A DNA stretch of 10,779 bases, taken from the IMG/VR virus record IMGVR_UViG_2974696732_000001; one strand, 5' to 3'. Positions 6,156-10,779 of this stretch are shown here, one piece after another. Both the position numbers and the translations under genes were made by a program. Position 1 is the first letter of the stretch. Every line of letters starts with the position of its first letter. Origin of the DNA: a virus (lineage: Duplodnaviria > Heunggongvirae > Uroviricota > Caudoviricetes). The notes under the pieces are model-generated. The model worked only from the letters and a program-made list of their open reading frames with translations, did not search any database and had not been told where the DNA came from.

Positions 6156-6428
6156 TCAGTCTTCGCTGGTGTCCTTCTGGCTCACCAGCTTCGCACGGCC
6201 GAGCAGAGAGGCGTCGGCCTCCTTCCACTTCTTGACCGGCTTGCCGACTCGCACACGGGGGAACCGAGCGATGATGGCACGCGCACGGGTCTCGTCCGCC
6301 TCCAGGATGTCGAACCGCTGGAAGGGGGCACGGGTGGCGATGGGGCCGAACTCGATGTCCACCCCCTGGACAATCATGGCCACGCGGAGGGAGAGGGCGT
6401 CACGGACGGGAACGATACCGGCAATCAT
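6156..6428 (-). CDS. Hypothetical protein, 90 aa
   Basis: RBS AGGAGT; high-GC3 codons; stop adjacent to the hairpin module. Confidence 0.85.
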   Translation of the reverse strand: MIAGIVPVRDALSLRVAMIVQGVDIEFGPIATRAPFQRFDILEADETRARAIIARFPRVRVGKPVKKWKEADASLLGRAKLVSQKDTSED

Positions 6429-6491
6429 GTGAACTCCTGAGAGTCGAAGTAAGCTGGGGTATTCAGTTATCAGAGACTTTGGCAGGAAGGG

Positions 6492-6513
6492 AAAAACCTC
6501 ACGTTGCGAGGCC
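6492..6513 (-). terminator. Terminator or attenuator-like hairpin in the leader of 6156..6428
   Basis: Minus strand GGCCTCGC-AAC-GTGAGGTT followed by a U run (AAAAA at 6492-6496); G-U pairs work only on the minus strand. Confidence 0.5.
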
Positions 6514-6542
6514 CTGTGGCCTGTCCCCTTGTGCTTAGCTAG

Positions 6543-6572
6543 AGTCTATCAGCCTGACCTAGTTGCAGTCAA
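6543..6572 (-). promoter_or_regulatory. Promoter overlapping the 3' end of 6559..6741
   Basis: TTGACT-18-TAGACT, extended -10 TGA; no box upstream. Confidence 0.75.
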
Positions 6573-6741
6573 CCAGGTATTCGGGCTCGTCGTCCTCGGA
6601 GACCGTCCAGATGTCGGCCAGCCAACCCTTACGGATGACACCGGCCGTCTCGAACTTGTGCGGCTCAGCGGACTCACGAACCGCATCTGCGTACTCCTCT
6701 TCGGAGATGATGCTGTAACCCTCGGGAATCTCGAACGTCAT
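6559..6741 (-). CDS. Hypothetical acidic protein, 60 aa
   Basis: RBS GAGAGGAG; own promoter upstream. Confidence 0.85.
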   Translation of the reverse strand: MTFEIPEGYSIISEEEYADAVRESAEPHKFETAGVIRKGWLADIWTVSEDDEPEYLVDCN

Positions 6742-6786
6742 GACCGCTCCTCTCGTTGGGAGGCTTCCCTCCCTCTCGATGTTCTA

Positions 6787-6815
6787 AGTCTACATGACCG
6801 ATGGGACAGGCGCAA
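6787..6815 (-). promoter_or_regulatory. Promoter
   Basis: TTGCGC-17-TAGACT. Confidence 0.75.
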
Positions 6816-6843
6816 CAACCAATATTCGTTAGTCTGCCTAAGT

Positions 6844-6872
6844 TGTCCGGGGCCGACAGGCCCCGAAGGGCC
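6844..6872. repeat. Box plus hairpin module
   Basis: Box TGTCCG-GGG-CCGACA (6844-6858); hairpin GGCCC-CGAA-GGGCC (6859-6872). Confidence 0.9.
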
Positions 6873-6877
6873 CTTTG

Positions 6878-7033
6878 TCAGTCTCCCATGTCGTCCAGAT
6901 GAGCATCCGGAGCGGGCTCGAACTCAAGGAAGGTGTCTTCGAAAATCACCATCCATGCGTAGCCCTCACGATTGTCCGGATTGCACTTGCCACGGTGCAT
7001 GTCACCCATGGCAGCGCCACATTCGATGCACAT
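6878..7033 (-). CDS. Small CxxC-containing acidic protein, 51 aa
   Basis: Hand translation MCIECGAAMGDMHRGKCNPDNREGYAWMVIFEDTFLEFEPAPDAHLDDMGD*; TGATG coupling to the upstream gene. Not in ORF track. Confidence 0.8.
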   Translation of the reverse strand: MCIECGAAMGDMHRGKCNPDNREGYAWMVIFEDTFLEFEPAPDAHLDDMGD

Positions 7034-7257
7034 CAGCGCCCCAGGTTGTAGAGAGAGGCAACCAGCATCTCAACTCGGTTGACTCGAATCGAAAGGCGGG
7101 AGCCGTTCGCGTCGGTGAGGGTGAACAGCTTCATGTCGTTGTGAACCGCTTCGGTCCATGCCAGATTGATGGCATCGGGCGTGGTGTCCTTGATGTAGGC
7201 CACCAGCGTCTTGTCACGGTCGTGGAAGTACAGCTCAACACGAACATCGTTCAGCAT
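7033..7257 (-). CDS. Hypothetical protein, 74 aa
   Basis: RBS GAGAGGA; own promoter. Confidence 0.85.
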   Translation of the reverse strand: MLNDVRVELYFHDRDKTLVAYIKDTTPDAINLAWTEAVHNDMKLFTLTDANGSRLSIRVNRVEMLVASLYNLGR

Positions 7258-7302
7258 GGTGCATCCTCTCTTCCGGGAGCTTTTCTCCCTTTCGATGCTC
7301 TA

Positions 7303-7331
7303 ACTCTACAGCATGTGGGAGGCAGATACAA
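7303..7331 (-). promoter_or_regulatory. Promoter
   Basis: TTGTAT-17-TAGAGT. Confidence 0.7.
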
Positions 7332-7345
7332 CCCCAATTTGAAAG

Positions 7346-7378
7346 TGTCCGGGCCCGACACGGGCCCCGAAGGGCCCG
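7346..7378. repeat. Box plus hairpin module
   Basis: Box TGTCCG-GGC-CCGACA (7346-7360); hairpin CGGGCCC-CGAA-GGGCCCG (7361-7378). Confidence 0.9.
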
Positions 7379-7389
7379 GCGGAAAGGTG

Positions 7390-7674
7390 TTACTTCTTGG
7401 CCTTGGTGCGACGGTTGCTGTGGTTGCCGTTCATGAGGGCGGTGAAGTCCAGCATGATGTTCTGCTTGAAGTTGGTCGCTCCGTGGAACTTGCCGTCCTG
7501 GTCACGGATGACGATGCGGACCTCGGTGGAGTCGCTGCCCGGAGTGGTCTTCCAGGTCTCCAGCCGGATGCTGTAGACGGACTTGGAACCCTTGACCTTG
7601 AAGCCCTCGGAGATGGTGACGGAGGAGACGATGTTGTGGTTGACGTCGGTCTTCTTGGCGAGGGTAACGGCCAT
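7390..7674 (-). CDS. Hypothetical basic protein, 94 aa
   Basis: RBS GAGGAG; all 11 Lys codons are AAG; basic C-terminal tail RRTKAKK. Confidence 0.9.
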   Translation of the reverse strand: MAVTLAKKTDVNHNIVSSVTISEGFKVKGSKSVYSIRLETWKTTPGSDSTEVRIVIRDQDGKFHGATNFKQNIMLDFTALMNGNHSNRRTKAKK

Positions 7675-7728
7675 TTGAAGCTCCTCAGAGTCTCGCTTGG
7701 GGGTTCCTTCCCCCTTGCTGATAGCTAA

Positions 7729-7758
7729 AGTCTACACGACCCAAGGGACATCGCGCAA
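7729..7758 (-). promoter_or_regulatory. Promoter
   Basis: TTGCGC-18-TAGACT. Confidence 0.75.
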
Positions 7759-7770
7759 CCCCTGAATTTA

Positions 7771-7814
7771 TGTCCTTTTTGTCCGTCCGGGCCGGACAGG
7801 GCCCCGGAGGGCCC
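7771..7814. repeat. Half-site array plus box plus hairpin module
   Basis: Half-sites at 7771, 7780; box CGTCCG-GGC-CGGACA (7784-7798); hairpin GGGCCC-CGGA-GGGCCC (7799-7814). Confidence 0.9.
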
Positions 7815-7819
7815 GTCCA

Positions 7820-8161
7820 TCACTCGGAGGGGAAAGACTCAGCGAAGAACTTGGCACGCTCCCTCTTGGCACGGCTGTGAGCACCGTCACGGCTTGCGTA
7901 CTCCTGGAACTCCGACACGGTGTCGATGGTGAGATGTCCGTTTTCGTCCAGCTTGGCCACACGAACGGTGTAGAGTCGGGGAGACATGTCGTCGAAGCGC
8001 TCGGAGGAGACGAAGAACATCGTCTTCCCCTGCAAGTCGCTGTAGCACATCTCGGAGATGCGGGAGTTGAAGAAGCGCAGGGTGGCCCGGTCGAAGAAGT
8101 GGTTGTTCTGGTCCTTGGCGATGGCCTTGACGTCTTCCAGAGAGAACATCTGAGTGCGCAT
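7820..8161 (-). CDS. Conserved-looking phage hypothetical protein, 113 aa
   Basis: Start moved to ATG 8161 (RBS GAGAGGA). Motifs HFFDRATLRFFNSRI, FFVSSE, RLYTVR resemble a widespread phage family; family ID not certain. Confidence 0.85.
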   Translation of the reverse strand: MRTQMFSLEDVKAIAKDQNNHFFDRATLRFFNSRISEMCYSDLQGKTMFFVSSERFDDMSPRLYTVRVAKLDENGHLTIDTVSEFQEYASRDGAHSRAKRERAKFFAESFPSE

Positions 8162-8192
8162 TGTGTGGGTTCCTCTCCCTCGGTGTAAGTAG

Positions 8193-8222
8193 AGTCTAAC
8201 ACAGCTCAAGGACAGGCCACAA
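8193..8222 (-). promoter_or_regulatory. Promoter
   Basis: TTGTGG-18-TAGACT, extended -10 TGT. Confidence 0.7.
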
Positions 8223-8247
8223 CACCTACCGGGCCTTTTTCTGAAAG

Positions 8248-8278
8248 TGTCCGGCCCCGACAGGGGCCCGAAGGCCCC
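8248..8278. repeat. Box plus hairpin module
   Basis: Box TGTCCG-GCC-CCGACA (8248-8262); hairpin GGGGCC-CGAA-GGCCCC (8263-8278). Confidence 0.9.
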
Positions 8279-8283
8279 TTCTG

Positions 8284-8607
8284 TCAGGTGAGCTGAGCCA
8301 GGAGAGAACTGATTTCCTGACGGAGTTCGGACTGAGGCCGGTAGCCTCGCTCCGCCTTCAACTGACGCTCGAAGTAGGCGCGAAGTTCGGTCTTGTTGTA
8401 CGGACCGTACGCCTGGTCAGCGTAGTCGATGTCCTCGAACGGAATGGGGCAGGAGCAACCGGAGTCGCTTGCCACGTAGTACCGCCCTCGGGCCTCCTTC
8501 CACACTCGCGTCTCGTTGAACTGGTAGGATTCGTGGTCCCAGTCGAACCCACCGACGTAGGTCAGGCTGTCCAGCGAAATACGCTCGGGCTTCGAAAGGT
8601 CGGTCAT
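8284..8607 (-). CDS. Actinophage hypothetical protein with DSGCSCP motif, 107 aa
   Basis: RBS GAGGAGG overlapping the upstream TGA; YYVASDSGCSCPIPFED motif recalled from actinophage proteins of unknown function. Confidence 0.85.
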   Translation of the reverse strand: MTDLSKPERISLDSLTYVGGFDWDHESYQFNETRVWKEARGRYYVASDSGCSCPIPFEDIDYADQAYGPYNKTELRAYFERQLKAERGYRPQSELRQEISSLLAQLT

Positions 8608-8616
8608 GGTTCCTCC

Positions 8617-8760
8617 TCAGATGTCTTTACGCTGAACTTTATCACACTTGGAGCACTGGCGCACCTGAATCAGCGCCTTCCAGGTACCGAGCTTGGGGAA
8701 GAGAGGGGAGTCGAACGTTCCCACCATCTGCTTCCAGTTGGACCACTTGTGGAAACACAT
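8617..8760 (-). CDS. Small putative zinc-binding protein, 47 aa
   Basis: Start moved to ATG 8760 (RBS GGAGG): MCFHKW...QVRQCSKCDKVQRKDI. Confidence 0.8.
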   Translation of the reverse strand: MCFHKWSNWKQMVGTFDSPLFPKLGTWKALIQVRQCSKCDKVQRKDI

Positions 8761-8785
8761 CCCGTCCTCCGTTTTCGTTAGCTCT

Positions 8786-8814
8786 AGTCTACAGGGCCAA
8801 TTTTTGAGTCGCAA
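8786..8814 (-). promoter_or_regulatory. Promoter
   Basis: TTGCGA-17-TAGACT. Confidence 0.75.
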
Positions 8815-8820
8815 CCCCAA

Positions 8821-8874
8821 AGTCCAGATTTTTAGTCGCAGATTTTTAGTCCGGGGCGGACAGGCCCGAAGGCC
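8821..8874. repeat. Tandem repeat plus box plus hairpin module
   Basis: AGTCCAGATTTTT / AGTCGCAGATTTTT (8821-8847); box AGTCCG-GGG-CGGACA (8848-8862); hairpin GGCC-CGAA-GGCC (8863-8874). Confidence 0.85.
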
Positions 8875-8881
8875 CTTCCGC

Positions 8882-9196
8882 TCACTCCCAAGGCTTGTAG
8901 TCACTCCAGTCCGCACCCTCGCGCGGCTCGATGAGGATTTCGATGGTGTCGCCCAGACGGTGATTCACGCTGTACAGAGAACGGGAAGAACCCTGGTAGC
9001 GACGCTGCGCCTTGGCCCACTTGACCAGCTTCTCAGCCTGCTTGGCCGAACGACAGGGCCATGCCTCGATGCACAGACCGTAGTTGAACCACCATCCGCC
9101 CTCTTCGCTGCCTCCCCATGCACGCTGCAATTCGTAGACGTTCACCCAGTGCTTGTTCCGACGACGCTGGCCCATACGGAGTGACTTCTTCGCCAT
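8882..9196 (-). CDS. Phage hypothetical protein with GGSEEGGWW motif, 104 aa
   Basis: RBS AAGGAGG; own promoter. Confidence 0.85.
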   Translation of the reverse strand: MAKKSLRMGQRRRNKHWVNVYELQRAWGGSEEGGWWFNYGLCIEAWPCRSAKQAEKLVKWAKAQRRYQGSSRSLYSVNHRLGDTIEILIEPREGADWSDYKPWE

Positions 9197-9219
9197 GTTT
9201 CCTCCTTGGTGATGACCTA

Positions 9220-9248
9220 AGTCTAACAGACGCCTAGGACAGACTCAA
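9220..9248 (-). promoter_or_regulatory. Promoter
   Basis: TTGAGT-17-TAGACT, extended -10 TGT. Confidence 0.8.
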
Positions 9249-9281
9249 CATGCTTGTAAGGATATTTTTTCATTTAGGGAG

Positions 9282-9296
9282 TGTCCCGCCCGGACA
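9282..9296. repeat. 15-bp palindromic box
   Basis: TGTCCC-GCC-CGGACA, one mismatch. Confidence 0.85.
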
Positions 9297-9310
9297 AAAA
9301 ATTCGCCCAC

Positions 9311-9371
9311 AAATTCACCCCTCTTTTCTAAGGAAATCTAGGCGAAAATCCTTGAAAAGAGGGGTGAATTT
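9311..9371. repeat. Long inverted repeat (terminator or cruciform)
   Basis: AAATTCACCCCTCTTTTC (9311-9328) and its exact reverse complement (9354-9371), extended inward by AAGGA/TCCTT after a 1-nt bulge; 14-nt loop. Confidence 0.85.
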
Positions 9372-9394
9372 TTTCTATGAAGTTTTTTCGAAGG

Positions 9395-9607
9395 TCAGAT
9401 GGCGACTTTTTCGTCTTTTCCTGCCTCACAAAGGCAGTATTTCGAATGTGTCGCCTCGATTGCGGTAAAACCGCTTTCCTCGTAGCGTGCGAGGAGATTC
9501 GCCAGAAGGGACGAGTTGAATACCGAAGTTTTCGATTTCAGCCCGTCCCTTTCCAGCAAAAGGGACATACTGTGGAATTGTACCGGTTTCGGCCTTTTCC
9601 TGAACAT
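9395..9607 (-). CDS. Hypothetical protein, 70 aa
   Basis: RBS AAAAGGGG; AT-richer codons (all 7 Lys are AAA). Confidence 0.65.
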   Translation of the reverse strand: MFRKRPKPVQFHSMSLLLERDGLKSKTSVFNSSLLANLLARYEESGFTAIEATHSKYCLCEAGKDEKVAI

Positions 9608-9625
9608 GAATGCCCCTTTTAGGTG

Positions 9626-9769
9626 TTACGCCAGTTCGGCCATGTGCGGGTAGGCGTCCCAGTCGAAGCCGTCCACACGGTCCGCATCCCGAACGTCGGA
9701 AACGGGAACCGTGATGGTGGTGAAGACACCCGCGTCAGCGGCCTGCTCAAGAAGGTCACGAAGGTCCAT
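9626..9769 (-). CDS. Hypothetical acidic protein, 47 aa
   Basis: Hand translation MDLRDLLEQAADAGVFTTITVPVSDVRDADRVDGFDWDAYPHMAELA*; RBS AGAGGA; own promoter. Not in ORF track. Confidence 0.85.
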   Translation of the reverse strand: MDLRDLLEQAADAGVFTTITVPVSDVRDADRVDGFDWDAYPHMAELA

Positions 9770-9801
9770 GGTGTGTACTTCCTCTCGCTTGGTGTAGTAC
9801 C

Positions 9802-9830
9802 AGTCTACACAAGGGGTAGGGCAGATGCAA
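9802..9830 (-). promoter_or_regulatory. First leftward promoter
   Basis: TTGCAT-17-TAGACT. Confidence 0.8.
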
Positions 9831-9884
9831 GCCCAAAGTCTCCGGGAATTTTTCGTGCCTATCGTACACGCGCGGGGGAAATGT

Positions 9885-10031
9885 GGGGTATGTACGTAAC
9901 GCCCCTTAAAAGGGCCTATATCCTAGATGTCCCATATGTACCCTATGCCCTATATGGGTGGGTATGGGATGGTATGCCCTATATGTACCCCTATGTATGG
10001 GTATGTACCCAATGTCCGTTTTGCCCCATAT
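9885..10031. repeat. Degenerate GGGTATG / CCCTATATG repeat tract
   Basis: TATGCCCTATATG at 9944 and 9973; GGGTATGTAC at 9886 and 9999; further GGGTATG and CCCATAT copies. Confidence 0.75.
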
Positions 10032-10048
10032 GTCGTCCGGGGCGGACA
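10013..10048. repeat. Half-site array plus box
   Basis: Half-sites at 10013, 10022, 10031; box CGTCCG-GGG-CGGACA (10034-10048). Confidence 0.85.
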
Positions 10049-10092
10049 GGTAACGCTTAGGTAAAGCTTCCAAGATTCTTGCTGAATTGGGG

Positions 10093-10120
10093 TTGCATGG
10101 GTGTCCGGGGCGGGTATGCT
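10093..10120 (+). promoter_or_regulatory. Rightward promoter with an embedded box
   Basis: TTGCAT-16-TATGCT; box TGTCCG-GGG-CGGGTA (10102-10116) fills the spacer and overlaps the -10. The 16-bp spacer is suboptimal. Confidence 0.55.
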
Positions 10121-10153
10121 GTAAGCACAGCAACGAACAAGGGAGACAGGGAC

Positions 10154-10591
10154 ATGAACACCACCACCGCTCACCAGTGCAAGTACCAGAATGAAACCCA
10201 GGTCAACGCCCGTATCCGTAGGCAGGTGCTCGCTACGGTGCTGTACCTGGCCACCCTTACGGGTGACAGTGACGGTGCTACGTGGGCCAATTGTGTGGGG
10301 TGTGGGGAGCGTGCCCACGTGGGAGGTACCCCTAGGGCTATGGACACGTTCAACCTGGGGCACGTGCTGGCAGACGCTGAGGGTGGGATGTACTGCCCTT
10401 GCAACCTGCTCCCCCTGTGCAGGCAGTGCAACGCTGACATGGGTAAGGAGACCCTTACTGATGTGCTTGTTCCCCGTTACGACAATCGGGAAATGTGGAA
10501 CGGTAAGGTTCTGCCCGACCCTGGCACGGTGGCCGCTAAGCCTGAGAGCAACCGTGGACGTGCCCGCTGGAACGCCCCTGTGACCGTCTGA
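10154..10591 (+). CDS. HNH endonuclease-like protein, 145 aa
   Basis: CVGC...GHVLADAEGG...NLLPLCRQCNADMG matches the zinc-binding HNH pattern; start moved to ATG 10154 (RBS AAGGGAG / AGGGA). Confidence 0.85.
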   Translation: MNTTTAHQCKYQNETQVNARIRRQVLATVLYLATLTGDSDGATWANCVGCGERAHVGGTPRAMDTFNLGHVLADAEGGMYCPCNLLPLCRQCNADMGKETLTDVLVPRYDNREMWNGKVLPDPGTVAAKPESNRGRARWNAPVTV

Positions 10592-10605
10592 GACGCTGTG
10601 AAGGT

Positions 10606-10633
10606 GCCCCCTAGGGTAGTTTGCCTAGGGGGC
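10606..10633 (+). terminator. Hairpin after the HNH gene
   Basis: GCCCCCTAGG-N8-CCTAGGGGGC 10-bp stem, 14 nt after the stop; no clear U tract. Confidence 0.6.
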
Positions 10634-10690
10634 TAATTCATGCCCGCAGACGGGCCCTCAGCCCTTTTGAAAACGGCTTTCAGGTTGGGT

Positions 10691-10713
10691 GGAACCTTCC
10701 CCGGAACCTTCCC
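10691..10713. repeat. 11-bp tandem direct repeat
   Basis: GGAACCTTCCC at 10691 and 10703. Confidence 0.7.
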
Positions 10714-10779
10714 GCGACAGAATGTCAAGGGGTATGGGCGCACTATTTGGATTGTTACAAAGGTATGCGAAGCATGTAT

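Noticed and set aside
2500-6440. Other long plus-strand ORFs (2500..3120, 3714..4265, 4605..5207, 5736..6440)
   Set aside because: All overlap minus-strand genes that have RBS, promoter and family motifs.
6529-7728. 399-aa plus-strand ORF
   Set aside because: Runs antisense across four well-supported genes and several regulatory modules; no plausible protein features.
1341-8874. Integron attC or IS-end interpretation
   Set aside because: No GTTRRRY/RYYYAAC cores, no integrase or transposase, no target duplications, and each unit carries its own promoter.
730-10116. CRISPR array interpretation of the palindromic repeats
   Set aside because: Repeats are only 15 bp, spacing is hundreds of bases and irregular, the intervening DNA is protein-coding, and no cas genes are present.
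9906-10363. Minus-strand ORFs 9906..10133 and 9950..10363, and plus-strand 9623..10060
   Set aside because: They translate the low-complexity repeat tract or the antisense of real genes; no RBS support.
10699-10728. Minus-strand TTGACA at 10723-10728
   Set aside because: No TAnnnT at 16-18 bp spacing.

Overview
This window is not bacterial core DNA. It looks like the early or host-takeover region of a large actinobacteriophage, most likely infecting Streptomyces. It may be a whole long direct terminal repeat: from memory, cluster BE-type Streptomyces siphoviruses carry repeats of about 10-12 kb and lsr2-like genes, which I have not verified here. It holds 23 mostly small leftward genes and one rightward HNH-type gene. 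Seven of the leftward genes are below the ORF-track cutoff and were translated by hand. Recognisable products are a DUF932/TIGR03299 protein, a protein with a ribosomal bL12 C-terminal-like segment, an Lsr2-like DNA-binding protein, a GP88-like Cys-rich protein, a ParB/Srx-like domain and an HNH nuclease. The main signal is non-coding. Thirteen intergenic gaps share one module, in transcription order: GC-rich hairpin (usually a C(UNCG)G tetraloop), then a 15-bp palindrome TGTCCG-N3-CGGACA, then a housekeeping-sigma promoter (-10 mostly TAGACT), a leader and an RBS. I count 16 palindromic boxes, 17 leftward promoters and 1 rightward promoter. One consensus promoter (TTGACA-17-TAACAT) points at a 70-nt three-way-junction structure with no ORF, a candidate phage ncRNA. 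All calls are by eye; no database search was run.
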